Source of the DNA: an uncultured bacterium
GTDB taxonomy: Bacteria; Planctomycetota; UBA1135; GCA-002686595
Assembly: GCA_943787795.1 (NCBI GenBank)
Contig: CALSNU010000002.1
Span: 192,001 to 256,000 of the forward strand
DNA: 64,000 bases
Direction of reading: 5' to 3'
The first letter of the stretch is position 1. Every line of letters starts with the position of its first letter. The notes under the pieces are model-generated. The model was given only the letters and a program-made list of their open reading frames with translations. It did no database searches and had not been told where the DNA came from. Of this stretch, positions 28,900 through 39,595 are shown one piece after another. The position numbers and the translations under genes were made by a program.

Positions 28900-29348
28900 G
28901 GGAAGAGTCAGGACCGGGCAACGAGCGCCTCGCCCAGGCCCGGTCCTTTCTCCAGGAGGCGGTCTACAGATCGCGCGGCGACCAGGCCGGTGCCGCGCTG
29001 CTCGCCGCCCGAGGGTCGGTCGACGGGAGCTGCGGGCTCGGCGAGGGGCCGAGCGTGGTGCTCGACCTGACGCCCCGCGCCCAGGCGCTCTTTCTGGAGA
29101 TGGGCGCCACGGAAGCGACCGCTCTCGAGCCCGTTCAGGCGTGCATGGCCGACTGGGTCCGTCGCCAAGATGCCCTCGACCGAAGGCGCAACCACTTCCT
29201 GAAGGCCTTCAGGGGAGAGCACGGCGCCGACCGTCGCGGCTATTCGGAGGACACCCTGAGGGCCTTCGAGGAAGGCCTCGAGGCGGTCAATGCCCAGGTG
29301 ACCTCCGCTCTGGATGAGGCCGCCGAGGCTCTGCTCCTCCTGGTCTGA
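28896..29348 (+). CDS. Hypothetical protein
   Basis: The start overlaps the brx stop (ATGA) and the sequence is plausibly helical (QDALDRRRNHFLKAFR). Confidence 0.65.
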   Translation: MREESGPGNERLAQARSFLQEAVYRSRGDQAGAALLAARGSVDGSCGLGEGPSVVLDLTPRAQALFLEMGATEATALEPVQACMADWVRRQDALDRRRNHFLKAFRGEHGADRRGYSEDTLRAFEEGLEAVNAQVTSALDEAAEALLLLV

Positions 29349-29571
29349 CCCGATTGACTCGCTCGACCCGACGGACTCAACTGCCGGGCCGCCGAGCTTT
29401 ACGCCGCCGGAGAGGCCGGCGAGAGTGGGCGCTGGACCTGGCCAGCCGCAGCCCACGGCTCTGAGACCGTTGCCGAAGTGGGCGGGTCCCGGGGGCGAGC
29501 TCATTCAAAGCCGCCGGGGCTCAACCGTAGGACCGATCTGTCTGGGCCCAGGGCATCAGTGCCCTTGGCGC

Positions 29572-29718
29572 GGGGTTCCACGGTGCGGGGGTTCCACGGT
29601 GCCAGGACCCAATCATCAGGGGCCGTGACGCGAGGTCCCGTTCATCCGGCCGGGGACACCTGGTCGGGGTCACTTGGTCGGGGTCACCCGGGCGGAATCA
29701 CCCGGGCGGAATCACCGG
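29572..29718. repeat. Cluster of short tandem duplications in a gene-poor stretch
   Basis: ggggttccacggtgc x2 (29572-29602), tggtcggggtcac x2 (29661-29687) and tcacccgggcggaa x2.5 (29684-29718). Confidence 0.75.
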
Positions 29719-29767
29719 CCCAGGCGCTGCGGGAAGGCAGGTACGAGGCGTGGCCCGTCGGGAGCGG

Positions 29768-29887
29768 TCAGCCGCTGAAGCCGATGAAGAGCGTCAGGAG
29801 GCAGGCGGAGAGCAGCACGAACTCGGGGAGCCAGTGCTTCGCGGCACGGGTGCTCCCCGACCCATATACGAGGGTTCGGGACGGCAT
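29768..29887 (-). CDS. Possible 39-aa single-TM small protein
   Basis: MPSRTLVYGSGSTRAAKHWLPEFVLLSACLLTLFIGFSG, preceded by a pyrimidine-rich leader. Confidence 0.3.
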   Translation of the reverse strand: MPSRTLVYGSGSTRAAKHWLPEFVLLSACLLTLFIGFSG

Positions 29888-30073
29888 ATGAAAAGGGCGC
29901 AGGAAAGGAAGGAGAGGGAGCCCGTGATGGGCCTCCGATAGAAGTGTGCATCGCTCAGCGCACAACGCCATTCGGGTCTTCCCGTGGGCCCGGCCCTCCC
30001 TGGCTTCAACCCCTCCCAGATGAAGCCAGCGGGGCTCCAGAGCCGCCCAACCTGCCTCAGATCAGGACCCGAT

Positions 30074-30343
30074 TCATCCCCTTTCCAGGTGAGGGCAGTG
30101 CCGGCAGCCGTTGTCGCAGCACGCTCGCTCCCAGAGCGTGGCCGCAGTCATGACCCAAAGCCCCGACTCTGGGTCCAGATAGAGCGGCTCGCCGCCGGCG
30201 ATCGCCGCGCGGTGGGCCTCGATGATGGCGCCACGGAAGGGATGGTCGCTCGCGAGCCTGGCGGGGTGCGGGTCGACCAGGTGCGCCGGGAGCGGGCCCT
30301 TGCCCGGCCGGGGTGAGCCGGGTTCTTGGATCGGTTGTTCCAT
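30074..30343 (-). CDS. DUF5522-like small Cys-rich protein
   Basis: H..A...G...Y.DP.SG..V.T...L..R.CCDNGCRHCP pattern. Start set at ATG 30343. Confidence 0.8.
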   Translation of the reverse strand: MEQPIQEPGSPRPGKGPLPAHLVDPHPARLASDHPFRGAIIEAHRAAIAGGEPLYLDPESGLWVMTAATLWERACCDNGCRHCPHLERG

Positions 30344-30685
30344 CGGAGGTGCGTCGGTCCGGATGAGCCCATGGGCCCACCGCCGAGGTACACGGGAAGA
30401 TCGGCCAGGCGCCAGGAGATCGAAGAGCAAAGTCAGGCTTCTTCCTGAAGGTCGCCCAGATCAGGCCACCCCCCGGCACGCCATGGAGGCCCGACCCGTG
30501 GAGCCGCCGAGGGAGACCTTCAGATCAGACCCCTTGGGCCCTGGAACGAGGGGACGCGGCTGCGAGCCGCCCGGCCAGGGTTCACGCTCCTGGGGCATCC
30601 CCGAGGCCGCCGCCAACTGGCCGGCACAGCCCGGGCAGACGATGGGTTAGCCTGAACCAACCGAAGACCCTCGTCTGACCAAGCC

Positions 30686-31144
30686 ATGACCTCGTTGATT
30701 CGCCTCGCCCTCCTCTGCCTCGCCGCCGGGCTCTCGCTCTCGTGCGCCGCCACGACCTTCCAGAACCGCTCCGTGCCGGACACCACGGCCCCTCCTGCCG
30801 AGGACATGTGCCGGGTCTACGCCGCGCGCTCCGCGCAGATGATGGGACGCGTCCGGACCGTCGAGATCATCGTCGACAAGCAGACCGTCGGCGAACTCGG
30901 AGAGGCGGGCTACCTGTGCTGGGATCTGCCGGCTGGACGCACCGTGGTGCAGGCGATGTTCCGCGGATCCGTGCTCGACGGGAAGCCCGTCGAGACCGTG
31001 TTCGGCTTCGACGGCGAGGGTGGAGAGACCTACTACTACGAGCTGCACGTGGACTTCAGCTCGAGGAAGGCGGTCGCCACCCCGCTCGACGACGTCGCGG
31101 GCAAGGCCCTGATGGCGGACCGCAAGCCCCCGGAGCTCCGTTGA
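30686..31144 (+). CDS. Lipoprotein, DUF2846-like
   Basis: LSLSC lipobox and a beta-rich domain (VGELGEAGY...LPAG...GETYYY). Confidence 0.7.
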   Translation: MTSLIRLALLCLAAGLSLSCAATTFQNRSVPDTTAPPAEDMCRVYAARSAQMMGRVRTVEIIVDKQTVGELGEAGYLCWDLPAGRTVVQAMFRGSVLDGKPVETVFGFDGEGGETYYYELHVDFSSRKAVATPLDDVAGKALMADRKPPELR

Positions 31145-31226
31145 GCTCGTTGATGTCGGCATCGATGGACCCCCACTCCTCCAAGGACACGGGGCGTCGC
31201 CGGTCGGGTGCGGAGGCCCTCCGTCC

Positions 31227-32204
31227 GTGATGCTCCTCGCCGCCGCCTCGGTGCTCGCGCTCGCGCCCGCCGCCCAGGGGCTCGCCCCCCCCGCGAGCGC
31301 CCCTCCGCCGAGGATGAGGGTCCTCGTGTGGAACATCGAGCGAGGAGCCAACCCATACACGGACGGAGCGGAGAAGGCCCTCGCGCAGATCCGCGCGCTT
31401 GACCCTGACGTGTGTCTCCTCCAGGAGAGCTACGACATCGACGGGGAGCGGCCCAAACTCGGCGCCTGGATGGCGAAGGAGCTCGGCTGGAACAGCTGGC
31501 AGGGCGACAGCACCCACCTCTGCGTGCTGACCCCGCTCGAGATCCGTGACCGCTACTTCCACGCGACCTGGCACGGCGTCGGCGCCCGTCTCGAGGACCG
31601 CGCGGGCCGGGCGTTCGATGTCTACAGCACCTGGATCGACTACCGCGCCTACATCGCCTACGCCTTGCGAGACAACCCGGCCATCGAGGACGCCGAGTTG
31701 CTCCGCTGCGAGTCCGAGGGTTCCAACCGGCTGGCGCAGGCCAACGCGCTCCTCGCGCACCTGGAGGAGTCCGGCCGCTTCGACGGCTCGGTCCCGCTGC
31801 TGGTGGGCGGCGATTGGAACTGCCCGTCTCACCTCGACTGGACCGACGACACGGCGCGGGCGTTCCGCTTCAAGCGCCCCCTCGAGCTCCCCGTCAGCCG
31901 CCGCATGGCCGCCGAGGGCTTCATCGATACGTTCCGAGAGGTGCACCCCGACCCCCTGCGCCGCCCTGGGTTCACCTGGACGCCCATGACACGCGGGACC
32001 GTGGACGCCCCGATGCCCCTGGACCGGATCGACCGGCTCTACCGACGCCCCGCCACCGGGGGCGAGCTGCGGCTGGTGCCCGTCGCCGCCAGGGTCCTCC
32101 CGGACCGCCATGAGCCCGCCGAGCTCCCGCGCACCGAGCGCGCCTTCCCCAGCGACCACGGGGCCGTGGTGATCGACCTGGAGTGGCGCTCGGCTGGCCG
32201 CTGA
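31227..32204 (+). CDS. Secreted endonuclease/exonuclease/phosphatase (EEP) family protein
   Basis: WNI, LQE, GGDWN, DRIDRLY and PSDH motifs with a signal peptide. Confidence 0.9.
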   Translation: MMLLAAASVLALAPAAQGLAPPASAPPPRMRVLVWNIERGANPYTDGAEKALAQIRALDPDVCLLQESYDIDGERPKLGAWMAKELGWNSWQGDSTHLCVLTPLEIRDRYFHATWHGVGARLEDRAGRAFDVYSTWIDYRAYIAYALRDNPAIEDAELLRCESEGSNRLAQANALLAHLEESGRFDGSVPLLVGGDWNCPSHLDWTDDTARAFRFKRPLELPVSRRMAAEGFIDTFREVHPDPLRRPGFTWTPMTRGTVDAPMPLDRIDRLYRRPATGGELRLVPVAARVLPDRHEPAELPRTERAFPSDHGAVVIDLEWRSAGR

Positions 32205-32332
32205 GCGGCCCCTCGAGTCCCGGGATGAACGGAAGCGGGGGCGCCGATTGCCGCCCCCCCGCTCGCGCCCTAACTTGAGGGGTCGACGGCCCGCCTCCGA
32301 ACACTCCGTTCGGGGTGCCGTCCCCCATCAGC

Positions 32333-35300
32333 ATGGCCCTCCACTCGACCGCAAGCGAGCCCACCGCGCCCTTCCGCCCCCAGCACCCCGTCCGCATCGT
32401 GACGGCCGCGTCCCTGTTTGACGGGCACGACGCGGCGATCAACGTGATGCGCAGGATTCTGCAGTCGTCGGGGGCCGAGGTGATCCACCTGGGGCACAAC
32501 CGCTCGGTGGCCGAGATCGTGGACTGCGCGATCCAGGAGGACGCCCACGGCATCGCGTTGACCTCCTACCAGGGGGGCCACGTGGAGTACTTCAAGTACA
32601 TGGTCGAGCTGCTGGCCGAGCGCGGCGCGAACATCAAGGTCTTCGGGGGCGGCGGCGGCACGATCCTGCCCGAGGAGATCGAGGAGCTGCACGCGGCGGG
32701 CGTGGCGCGCATCTACTCCCCGGACGACGGTCGGGCCCTGGGCCTGCAGGGGATGATCAACGACCTGCTCGAGCGGTGCGCCGAGGTCGACAAGTCCGAG
32801 GCGGCCAGCCCCCCCATCGAGGACCTCATCGAGGACCTCCCGGCGCGCAGGCACGACGGGATCGCGCGACTCATCACCCTCGCTGAGAACCTGGAGGACG
32901 GCGCCGACGTCATCGCTCGCCAGCTGGAGCAGCTGCACGCCTCTGGCGTAAAGAAGGACACGCCCGTGCTGGGTATCACCGGCACCGGCGGCTCGGGGAA
33001 GTCGAGCCTCGTGGACGAGCTGGTGCGCCGCTACCTGCGGGACCAGCCGGGCAAGACCATCGCGATCCTCTCGGTGGACCCGAGCAAGCGGAAGACCGGC
33101 GGGGCGCTGCTGGGCGACCGGATCCGCATGAACGCGATCCACGACGAGCGCGTCTTCATGCGTTCGCTCGCCACCCGGCAGGCCAACCTCGCCCTCTCCA
33201 AGCACGTGCAGTCGGCCATCGACCTCTGCAAGGCCGCGCGCTTCGACCTCATCGTCGTGGAGACCAGCGGCATCGGCCAGTCGGACACCGAGATCACGGA
33301 CCACAGCGACGCCTCCCTGTACGTGATGACGGCGGAATACGGCGCGGCGACGCAGCTCGAGAAGATCGACATGCTCGACTACGCCGACCTGGTCGCCATC
33401 AACAAGTTCGACAAGCGCGGCAGCCTCGACGCCATGCGCGACGTCAAGAAGCAGGTCCAGCGCGCCCGTGAGCTGTGGGAGGCGAGCCCCGACGACATGC
33501 CGGTGCACGGCACCATCGCCAGCCAGTTCAACGACGCCGGCACCAACCGCCTCTACCTGGCGCTCATGTCCAAGATCGTGGAGCGAACCGGCGCGCCCCT
33601 CGGCCCCGGCGGCGACCTCGCCACGGCCGACGGCGAGAAGCGCTCGGTGATCCCCCCGGACCGCGTGCGCTATCTGGACGAGATCAAGGAGAGCGCCGCG
33701 CGCTTCGACGCCTGGGTCGAGCGCCAGGCCGCCCTGGCCCGGACCCTCTACCAGCTCCACGGGTCCATCCTCGCCCTGCGCAGTGATGCGCCCAGCACGG
33801 ACGTGCTGCCCGCCCTTGAGGCGCAGGATGGCGACGGCCCTGGGGTCACCGCGCTGCTCGAGCGCTACGACGAGCTCGCCAAGGAGCTCGACGGGCGCGC
33901 GCGCAAGTCGCTGGAGGCCTGGCCCGGCATCCTGGAGCGCTTTGGCAAGGACCACTTCGAGTTCCAGGTCCGCGGCAAGACCCTGCGCCAGCCCCTCACC
34001 GTCGAGAGCCTCTCCGGCACCAAGGTCAAGCGCGTAGCGCTCCCCCGCTTCCGCGACTGGGGCGACGTGCTGCGCTGGCGCTTCCAGGAGAACGTCGCGG
34101 GCGAGTACCCCTTCACCGCCGGCGTCTTCCCCCTCAAGCGCCAGGGTGAGGACCCCGCGCGCATGTTCGCCGGCGAGGGCGGCCCGGAGCGCACCAACCG
34201 ACGCTTCCACTACGTCTCCCGCGGCCTCCCCGCGGCGCGCCTCTCCACCGCCTTCGACTCGGTGACCCTCTACGGCGAGGACCCCGCGACGCGCCCGGAC
34301 ATCTACGGCAAGGTCGGCAACTCGGGCGTCTCCATCGCGACGGTCGACGACGCCAAGAAGCTCTACAGCGGCTTCGACCTGTGCGCGCCGACCACGTCGG
34401 TCTCCATGACCATCAACGGGCCGGCGCCCATGGTGCTCGCGTTCTTCATGAACGCCGCCATCGACCAGCGCTGCGAGAAGCACATCCTCGAGCACGGCCT
34501 CCAGGCCGACGTCGAGGCGGCCTTCAAGGCCAAGTACGACGACCGCGGGCTTGCGCGGCCCAGCTACCAGGGCGAGCTCCCCGAGGGCAACGACGGCCTC
34601 GGCCTGATGCTGCTCGGGCTGTCGGGCGACGACGTCCTGCCGGCGGACACCTACGACGCCCTCAAGGCAGAGGCCATGAGCGCGGTGCGCGGCACGGTGC
34701 AGGCCGACATCCTCAAGGAGGACCAGGCCCAGAACACCTGCATCTTCTCCACCGAGTTCGCCCTGCGGATGATGGGCGACATCCAGGAGTCGTTCGTCCG
34801 GCGCGACGTCGGGAACTTCTACTCCGTCTCCATCAGCGGCTACCACATCGCCGAGGCCGGGGCGAACCCCATCACCCAGCTGGCCTTCACCCTCGCGAAC
34901 GGCTTCACCTACGTGGAGTACTACCTGTCGCGGGGCATGAAGATCGACGACTTCGCGCCCAACCTGTCGTTCTTCTTCTCCAACGGCACCGACCCCGAGT
35001 ACTCCGTCATCGGCCGCGTGGCCCGGCGCATCTGGGCCAAGGCCGTGCGGGAGATGTACGAGGGCTCCGAGCGCTCCCAGAAGCTCAAGTACCACATCCA
35101 GACCAGCGGCCGCTCCCTGCACGCGCAGGAGATCGCGTTCAACGACATCCGCACGACGCTGCAGGCTCTGTACGCGCTGTTCGACAACTGCAACAGCCTG
35201 CACACCAACGCGTACGACGAGGCGATCACGACGCCGACGGAGGAGTCCGTCCGCCGTGCCCTCGCGATCCAGCTCATCATCAACAAGGAGCTGGGCCTCG

Positions 35301-35788
35301 CGAAGAATGAGAACCCCCTCCAGGGCTCGTTCATCATCGAGGAGCTGACAGACCTCGTGGAGGCCGCGGTCATGGAGGAGTTCCACTCCATCTCCGAGCG
35401 CGGCGGCGTGCTTGGCGCCATGGAGCGCATGTACCAGCGGTCCAAGATCCAGGAGGAGTCCCTGCACTACGAGGCGCTCAAGCACTCCGGCGCGCTCCCC
35501 ATCGTCGGGGTGAACACGTTCCTCGATGACAAGGGCTCGCCCACCATCGTCCCCGGCGAGGTCATCCGCTCCACCGAGGAGGAGAAGCAGTACGCCATCG
35601 CGAGCCGCGAGGCCTTCCAGGCCCGGAACCAGGACGCCTCCGGCGCCGCGCTCGACGGCCTCCAGCGGACCGCGCTCGACGGCGGCAACACCTTCGACGC
35701 ACTCCTCGAGGTCGCCAAGGTGGCCTCCCTCGGTGACATGTCCGCGGCCCTCTACGAGGTGGGCGGGCAGTACCGCCGGAACATGTGA
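32333..35788 (+). CDS. icmF: Fused isobutyryl-CoA mutase/GTPase IcmF
   Basis: N-terminal B12 domain (FDGHDAA), MeaB-like GTPase ([13 protein letters not shown]) and a mutase barrel with Phe at the specificity position (RMFAGEG). It ends GGQYRRNM. Confidence 0.95.
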   Translation: MALHSTASEPTAPFRPQHPVRIVTAASLFDGHDAAINVMRRILQSSGAEVIHLGHNRSVAEIVDCAIQEDAHGIALTSYQGGHVEYFKYMVELLAERGANIKVFGGGGGTILPEEIEELHAAGVARIYSPDDGRALGLQGMINDLLERCAEVDKSEAASPPIEDLIEDLPARRHDGIARLITLAENLEDGADVIARQLEQLHASGVKKDTPVLGITGTGGSGKSSLVDELVRRYLRDQPGKTIAILSVDPSKRKTGGALLGDRIRMNAIHDERVFMRSLATRQANLALSKHVQSAIDLCKAARFDLIVVETSGIGQSDTEITDHSDASLYVMTAEYGAATQLEKIDMLDYADLVAINKFDKRGSLDAMRDVKKQVQRARELWEASPDDMPVHGTIASQFNDAGTNRLYLALMSKIVERTGAPLGPGGDLATADGEKRSVIPPDRVRYLDEIKESAARFDAWVERQAALARTLYQLHGSILALRSDAPSTDVLPALEAQDGDGPGVTALLERYDELAKELDGRARKSLEAWPGILERFGKDHFEFQVRGKTLRQPLTVESLSGTKVKRVALPRFRDWGDVLRWRFQENVAGEYPFTAGVFPLKRQGEDPARMFAGEGGPERTNRRFHYVSRGLPAARLSTAFDSVTLYGEDPATRPDIYGKVGNSGVSIATVDDAKKLYSGFDLCAPTTSVSMTINGPAPMVLAFFMNAAIDQRCEKHILEHGLQADVEAAFKAKYDDRGLARPSYQGELPEGNDGLGLMLLGLSGDDVLPADTYDALKAEAMSAVRGTVQADILKEDQAQNTCIFSTEFALRMMGDIQESFVRRDVGNFYSVSISGYHIAEAGANPITQLAFTLANGFTYVEYYLSRGMKIDDFAPNLSFFFSNGTDPEYSVIGRVARRIWAKAVREMYEGSERSQKLKYHIQTSGRSLHAQEIAFNDIRTTLQALYALFDNCNSLHTNAYDEAITTPTEESVRRALAIQLIINKELGLAKNENPLQGSFIIEELTDLVEAAVMEEFHSISERGGVLGAMERMYQRSKIQEESLHYEALKHSGALPIVGVNTFLDDKGSPTIVPGEVIRSTEEEKQYAIASREAFQARNQDASGAALDGLQRTALDGGNTFDALLEVAKVASLGDMSAALYEVGGQYRRNM

Positions 35789-35882
35789 GCGGGCGACGGC
35801 CGAGGGTTCTCGCCGGTTCTCGCCAAGGGATGGGCCTCGAGGTACGTACGCATGGGGCCGGCCACCCGTCGCCGGTGCCCTG

Positions 35883-37544
35883 ATGACCTCCGCCCGCCGA
35901 ACCGCCGCCGCTGCAGCCACCGCCGCCCTTGCCTGCGCCCTGTGGCTCGCGTTGGGCAGCGCCGACAGGGACATTGACACGGGCGCGGCGATCCGCGTCG
36001 CCGTGGTGGATGGCGCGGAGGAGAAGGCCCCCAGCGCGGCCGACCTGTTCGCCGTCCGCTCCAAGGAGCGCAGGCGCGCCGTGGCCGCCGCCACACTCGA
36101 TGCCGCCACGATCGACGCAGCGAGCACTCAGGAGCCTCAAGGGCTCTCGGTCACCGGTCGCGTCCGCGCGGACACGACGTTCTCTCCGGAGGCCGTCACG
36201 ACGATCTGGGCGCATCGGCCGGGCGTCGTCGAGGACAAGGCGAGGTCAGTGAAGGCAGCCCCGAGCACCTCACGCGCATGGAACTTCGAGTCGCTTCCCC
36301 CGGGGTCCTGGGTCTTCACCGCCTTCGTGGTCGAGGGGGAGCGGGCCGCGCTCGGTTCGGTGGGTCCGGTAGACGTGCTCAAGGGGATGGCGCCCGTCTC
36401 AATCGAGGCCGTCGAATACTCGGTCGGTGGCGTGGTGACCGACTCGGGCGGCCAGCCGCTCGCCGGGATCCCGGTCAACCTGACGTGGGCCTCCACCCAG
36501 CAGCACCGCCTCCCCTCACGCCACTTCCCGCCCAGCTTGGGCGGAGGGGAAGACCTCGCGCAGTTCTTCGGCGGCCTCTCCAGCAATCTGCCCCACGTGA
36601 ACGACGCGCAGCAACGGACCACGGACACCTTGGGACGCTTCTCGTTCGCAGTCGCTGGACCCGGGACCGCGGAGCTCCGCGCGCCGGGGAGCACGATCAT
36701 CGGCCTGGAAGCCATCACCTTCGGGCAGCCGAAGGGCGGGAGGGTCGAGGGGAGCGTCCAGATCGGGCCGGACCACCAGATGCTCGTGAGCTTCGAGATG
36801 GGGAGCCCGACCTCCCCGCAGCCAGCGCGGCCCATGACCTCCGAGGAGGCGGTGATCATCTCGGAGGAGTTCTCCACGTCCGTGCTTGGGCTCGCGGCAG
36901 ATGGCGCGGGCGATGACGGAACCTGGCTTGCCTCACGGGTTGAGGTTCAGCTGACCCCTGCCAAGCCCAGGGTCGACGACCTCGTCCTCCAGCTCCACCA
37001 GACAGCGAAGCTGAAGGGTCGGCTGCGGGCCGATGCGGGAGGACCGGAGGGCATCGACTGCTTCCTCCGGCTGCTCTCGGAGGGGGCCCCGAAGGGCGCG
37101 GCCCGCCAGCAGCACGTCTCGACCGATGAGAACGGCGAGTTCACCTTCGAGCGCTGCGCCCCAGGCGATTACTTCCTCTACGCCCGCTCGGGCGGCGCAG
37201 ACGGGCAGGACTACAGCCTCCGGGTGACCCTCACCCTCGAAGAGGGCGAGGAGCGCTTCCTCAACGACCGCCTGACCCCGTCCGCCCGGATCAACGGCGT
37301 CGTCCATGACCGCGAGGGCACTCCGCTCGTTGGAGTCGACGTCCTGGCCACCGGTTGCCGGAACGGCAACCTGACCCGACGGGCCACCACCGACGCCAGC
37401 GGCATGTACACCCTCAAGGGGCTATACGAGGGCGAGTACGAGCTCAAGCTGGCGAACAACAGCGTCGAGGAGCGCCTGATCATCAAGGTCCCAGAGGGCG
37501 GCGCGGCGATCGAGGCGGCGACGCTGGTCGCGTCAGACATCTGA
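35883..37544 (+). CDS. Membrane-anchored protein with carboxypeptidase-regulatory-like beta-sandwich repeats
   Basis: N-terminal hydrophobic anchor and repeated G.V.D..G.PL.G / TD..G.F...L..G.Y units. Start set at ATG 35883. Confidence 0.78.
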   Translation: MTSARRTAAAAATAALACALWLALGSADRDIDTGAAIRVAVVDGAEEKAPSAADLFAVRSKERRRAVAAATLDAATIDAASTQEPQGLSVTGRVRADTTFSPEAVTTIWAHRPGVVEDKARSVKAAPSTSRAWNFESLPPGSWVFTAFVVEGERAALGSVGPVDVLKGMAPVSIEAVEYSVGGVVTDSGGQPLAGIPVNLTWASTQQHRLPSRHFPPSLGGGEDLAQFFGGLSSNLPHVNDAQQRTTDTLGRFSFAVAGPGTAELRAPGSTIIGLEAITFGQPKGGRVEGSVQIGPDHQMLVSFEMGSPTSPQPARPMTSEEAVIISEEFSTSVLGLAADGAGDDGTWLASRVEVQLTPAKPRVDDLVLQLHQTAKLKGRLRADAGGPEGIDCFLRLLSEGAPKGAARQQHVSTDENGEFTFERCAPGDYFLYARSGGADGQDYSLRVTLTLEEGEERFLNDRLTPSARINGVVHDREGTPLVGVDVLATGCRNGNLTRRATTDASGMYTLKGLYEGEYELKLANNSVEERLIIKVPEGGAAIEAATLVASDI

Positions 37545-37552
37545 CGGGGACC

Positions 37553-37894
37553 TCAGTTCCAGACCTCGGCGGGCCCGTTGATGAGGGCCTCCGCAGGGAG
37601 TCTGCCGGTCATGGGGTCGGCGCAGAGCGGGCACCCCGACACCGCGTGGCCCCCCCCACCGTGACGCGCCGCCTCGAACTGCGCGCGGGTGCGCGCCATC
37701 GCATCGCTCTGGCCAGGTCTCTCCGATCCACCCCCCGGATACGGCGCCGTGACCTCCAATCGGTCGTGAGCCACCGCGCCTCGAGGGGCCTGGCGGCCTC
37801 CCGCAGCCGCCACATCAGCGCCACCCGGAGCGCCACAGCCCAGCACGACCAAGCCCAGGAGGCCGTGGAGCACGGTGGAGAGGGGACGCTGCAT
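37553..37894 (-). CDS. Possible small lipoprotein with a CxxC motif
   Basis: MQRPLSTVLHGLLGLVVLGC lipobox-like start and CPLC near the C-terminus. Confidence 0.4.
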   Translation of the reverse strand: MQRPLSTVLHGLLGLVVLGCGAPGGADVAAAGGRQAPRGAVAHDRLEVTAPYPGGGSERPGQSDAMARTRAQFEAARHGGGGHAVSGCPLCADPMTGRLPAEALINGPAEVWN

Positions 37895-37912
37895 GGCTTC
37901 GGAGTCGACGAT

Positions 37913-38017
37913 GTTCACTGACGGACCCGGTTCACTGACGGACCCGGTTCCCTGGCGGACCCTGGTCACGGACGGAAGAGGGGTCCACTGAGGAACAGAG
38001 GTCCACTGAGGAACAGG
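37913..38017. repeat. Two adjacent tandem repeat arrays (17 bp x ~3.5 and 18 bp x 2)
   Basis: gttcactgacggacccg occurs as 2 exact plus 2 degenerate copies, followed by ggtccactgaggaacag x2. Confidence 0.85.
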
Positions 38018-38124
38018 GGCGGATGTACCGAGGGATCAGGGTCAGGCCACCGCCCACAAGATCTTAATCCGCCCGGGCTCACCCCACGGAGGCAAGAGCG
38101 CCTCGCCCAAACTAGACTCATTCC

Positions 38125-38550
38125 GTGCAGCACCCCAACGACGCGCCCAAGGCCTCCATCCTGTTCCTATGTGGCCATAACGCAGGTCGCTCCCAGATGG
38201 CCGCGGGCTGGGCCCAGGCGCTCGGCGGCGACCACGTCGAGATCTTCTCCGGTGGCTCCTCCCCCGCCGAGGTGGTCAACCCGGTGGCGGTCGAGGCCAT
38301 GGCCGAGGTGGGCGTGGACATCTCCGGAGCCGCGCCAAAGCGCTGGACCGAGGAGATCGTCGCCAAGGTCGACGTGGTGGTCTCCATGGGCTGCGGAGAC
38401 CGCTGCCCCATCCTGCCGAGCCAGCGCTACCTGGACTGGACGCTCACCGACCCGGCCGGCGAGGGCATCACCCTCGTGAGGGCCGTGCGGGACGAGATCA
38501 AGGGTCACGTGGAGCAGCTGCTTGCCGAGCTCGGGGTCCCCACCGCATGA
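38125..38550 (+). CDS. arsC: Arsenate reductase, LMW-PTP fold
   Basis: P-loop LFLCGHNAGRSQMA, MGCGDRCP and W.L.DP motifs. Confidence 0.9.
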   Translation: MQHPNDAPKASILFLCGHNAGRSQMAAGWAQALGGDHVEIFSGGSSPAEVVNPVAVEAMAEVGVDISGAAPKRWTEEIVAKVDVVVSMGCGDRCPILPSQRYLDWTLTDPAGEGITLVRAVRDEIKGHVEQLLAELGVPTA

Positions 38551-39209
38551 ACCAGCGCGCACTCCTCGCCGAGTTTGTGGGTACCGCGGCGCTCCTCGCT
38601 GGCGTGGTGGGCTCGGGCATCATGGCCGAGCGCCTCTCGCCGAGCGACGTCGGCCTCCAACTCCTCCAGAACGCCATCGCCACCGCGGCCGTTCTCGTGG
38701 CGCTGATCCTTGCGCTCCAGAAGGCCTCAGGAGCGCACTTCAATCCAGCGGTCACTCTCGCCGCCCGGCTCTCGAACGAACTCTCCACCCGCGCGGCCCT
38801 GGGCTACATCGCGGCCCAGTTCATCGGCGCGGTCCTCGGCGTCTCCCTCGCGAACCTGATGTTCGAGCTCCCGGCCGTCGAGCTCTCCACCAAGGTCCGC
38901 AGCGGACCGCATCTCCTCCTGGCAGAGTTCCTGGCGACGCTTGGCCTGGTGGGCGTCATCCAGGGCGTCGTCCGCTCCGGCCGGGCGCACCTCGCAGCCT
39001 ACGCCGTTGGGGCGTACATCGCGGGGGCGTACTACTTCACGTCGTCCACGAGCTTCGCCAACCCCGCCGTCACCGTCGCGCGCGCGCTCACCGACACCTT
39101 CGCCGGTATCGCTCCGTCCAACGTCCCGGCCTTCATCGCCGCCCAGCTCGTCGGCGCCGCCGCGGCTGTGCCGCTGCTCAGGCGCATCTATCCCTGCGAC
39201 GAAGGCTGA
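38547..39209 (+). CDS. MIP/aquaporin family channel (arsenic-associated type)
   Basis: SGAHFNPAVT and FTSSTSFANPAVT motifs. The start overlaps the arsC stop. Confidence 0.92.
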   Translation: MNQRALLAEFVGTAALLAGVVGSGIMAERLSPSDVGLQLLQNAIATAAVLVALILALQKASGAHFNPAVTLAARLSNELSTRAALGYIAAQFIGAVLGVSLANLMFELPAVELSTKVRSGPHLLLAEFLATLGLVGVIQGVVRSGRAHLAAYAVGAYIAGAYYFTSSTSFANPAVTVARALTDTFAGIAPSNVPAFIAAQLVGAAAAVPLLRRIYPCDEG

Positions 39210-39252
39210 CGGGACGCAGCAAGCTGGGTCGGCCTTCCTTGCTCTGCTCCGT

Positions 39253-39360
39253 GCCTCAGCTCCAAGCCTCAGCTCCCAGCTTCAGCTCTTCCGGCTGCGC
39301 TCCTTTGGCTGCGTTCCTTTGGCTGCGTTTCTTTGGCTGAGCGCCATTGGCTGAGCTCCG
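39253..39360. repeat. Intergenic tandem repeats (11 bp x3, then 14 bp x5)
   Basis: gcctcagctcc-type x3, then ggctgcgctccttt / ggctgcgttccttt / ggctgcgtttcttt / ggctgagcgccatt / ggctgagctcc. Confidence 0.8.
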
Positions 39361-39520
39361 CCGGCCCGCTCCCCGCTCAGCGAACCGATTCAGCGCTCCA
39401 CGTGACCGCACCGGCTCGCCTCTCCGGCCCCTTGCCCCGTCTCGATCGGCCCTCCCCCTGACCCTGCTCAGGGCAGCTGAGCCCTCGGGCTCCACCAGGC
39501 CGAGCGCCCGGACGACAGAA

Positions 39521-39557
39521 ACGCCCCCCGGTGAGTCATCGACTCGCCGGGGGGCGT
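39521..39557 (-). terminator. C6/G6 hairpin downstream of C-terminal-domain gene 2
   Basis: acgccccccggtgagtc-atc-gactcgccggggggcgt, followed on the minus strand by TTCTG. Confidence 0.65.
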
Positions 39558-39595
39558 CCATTGGGTGCAGCGGCCGAGGCCGCCACCGGCCAAGA

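Noticed and set aside
32270..36127. 1285-aa minus-strand ORF and similar long antisense ORFs (e.g. 48104-50545, 17137-18963, 52941-54680, 22024-23940)
   Set aside because: These are shadow frames opposite well-supported genes. Long stop-free antisense frames are expected at this GC content, and they show no motifs.
22137..39360. Short repeat arrays as possible CRISPR arrays
   Set aside because: The units are 11-18 bp and directly adjacent, with no unique spacers and no cas genes.
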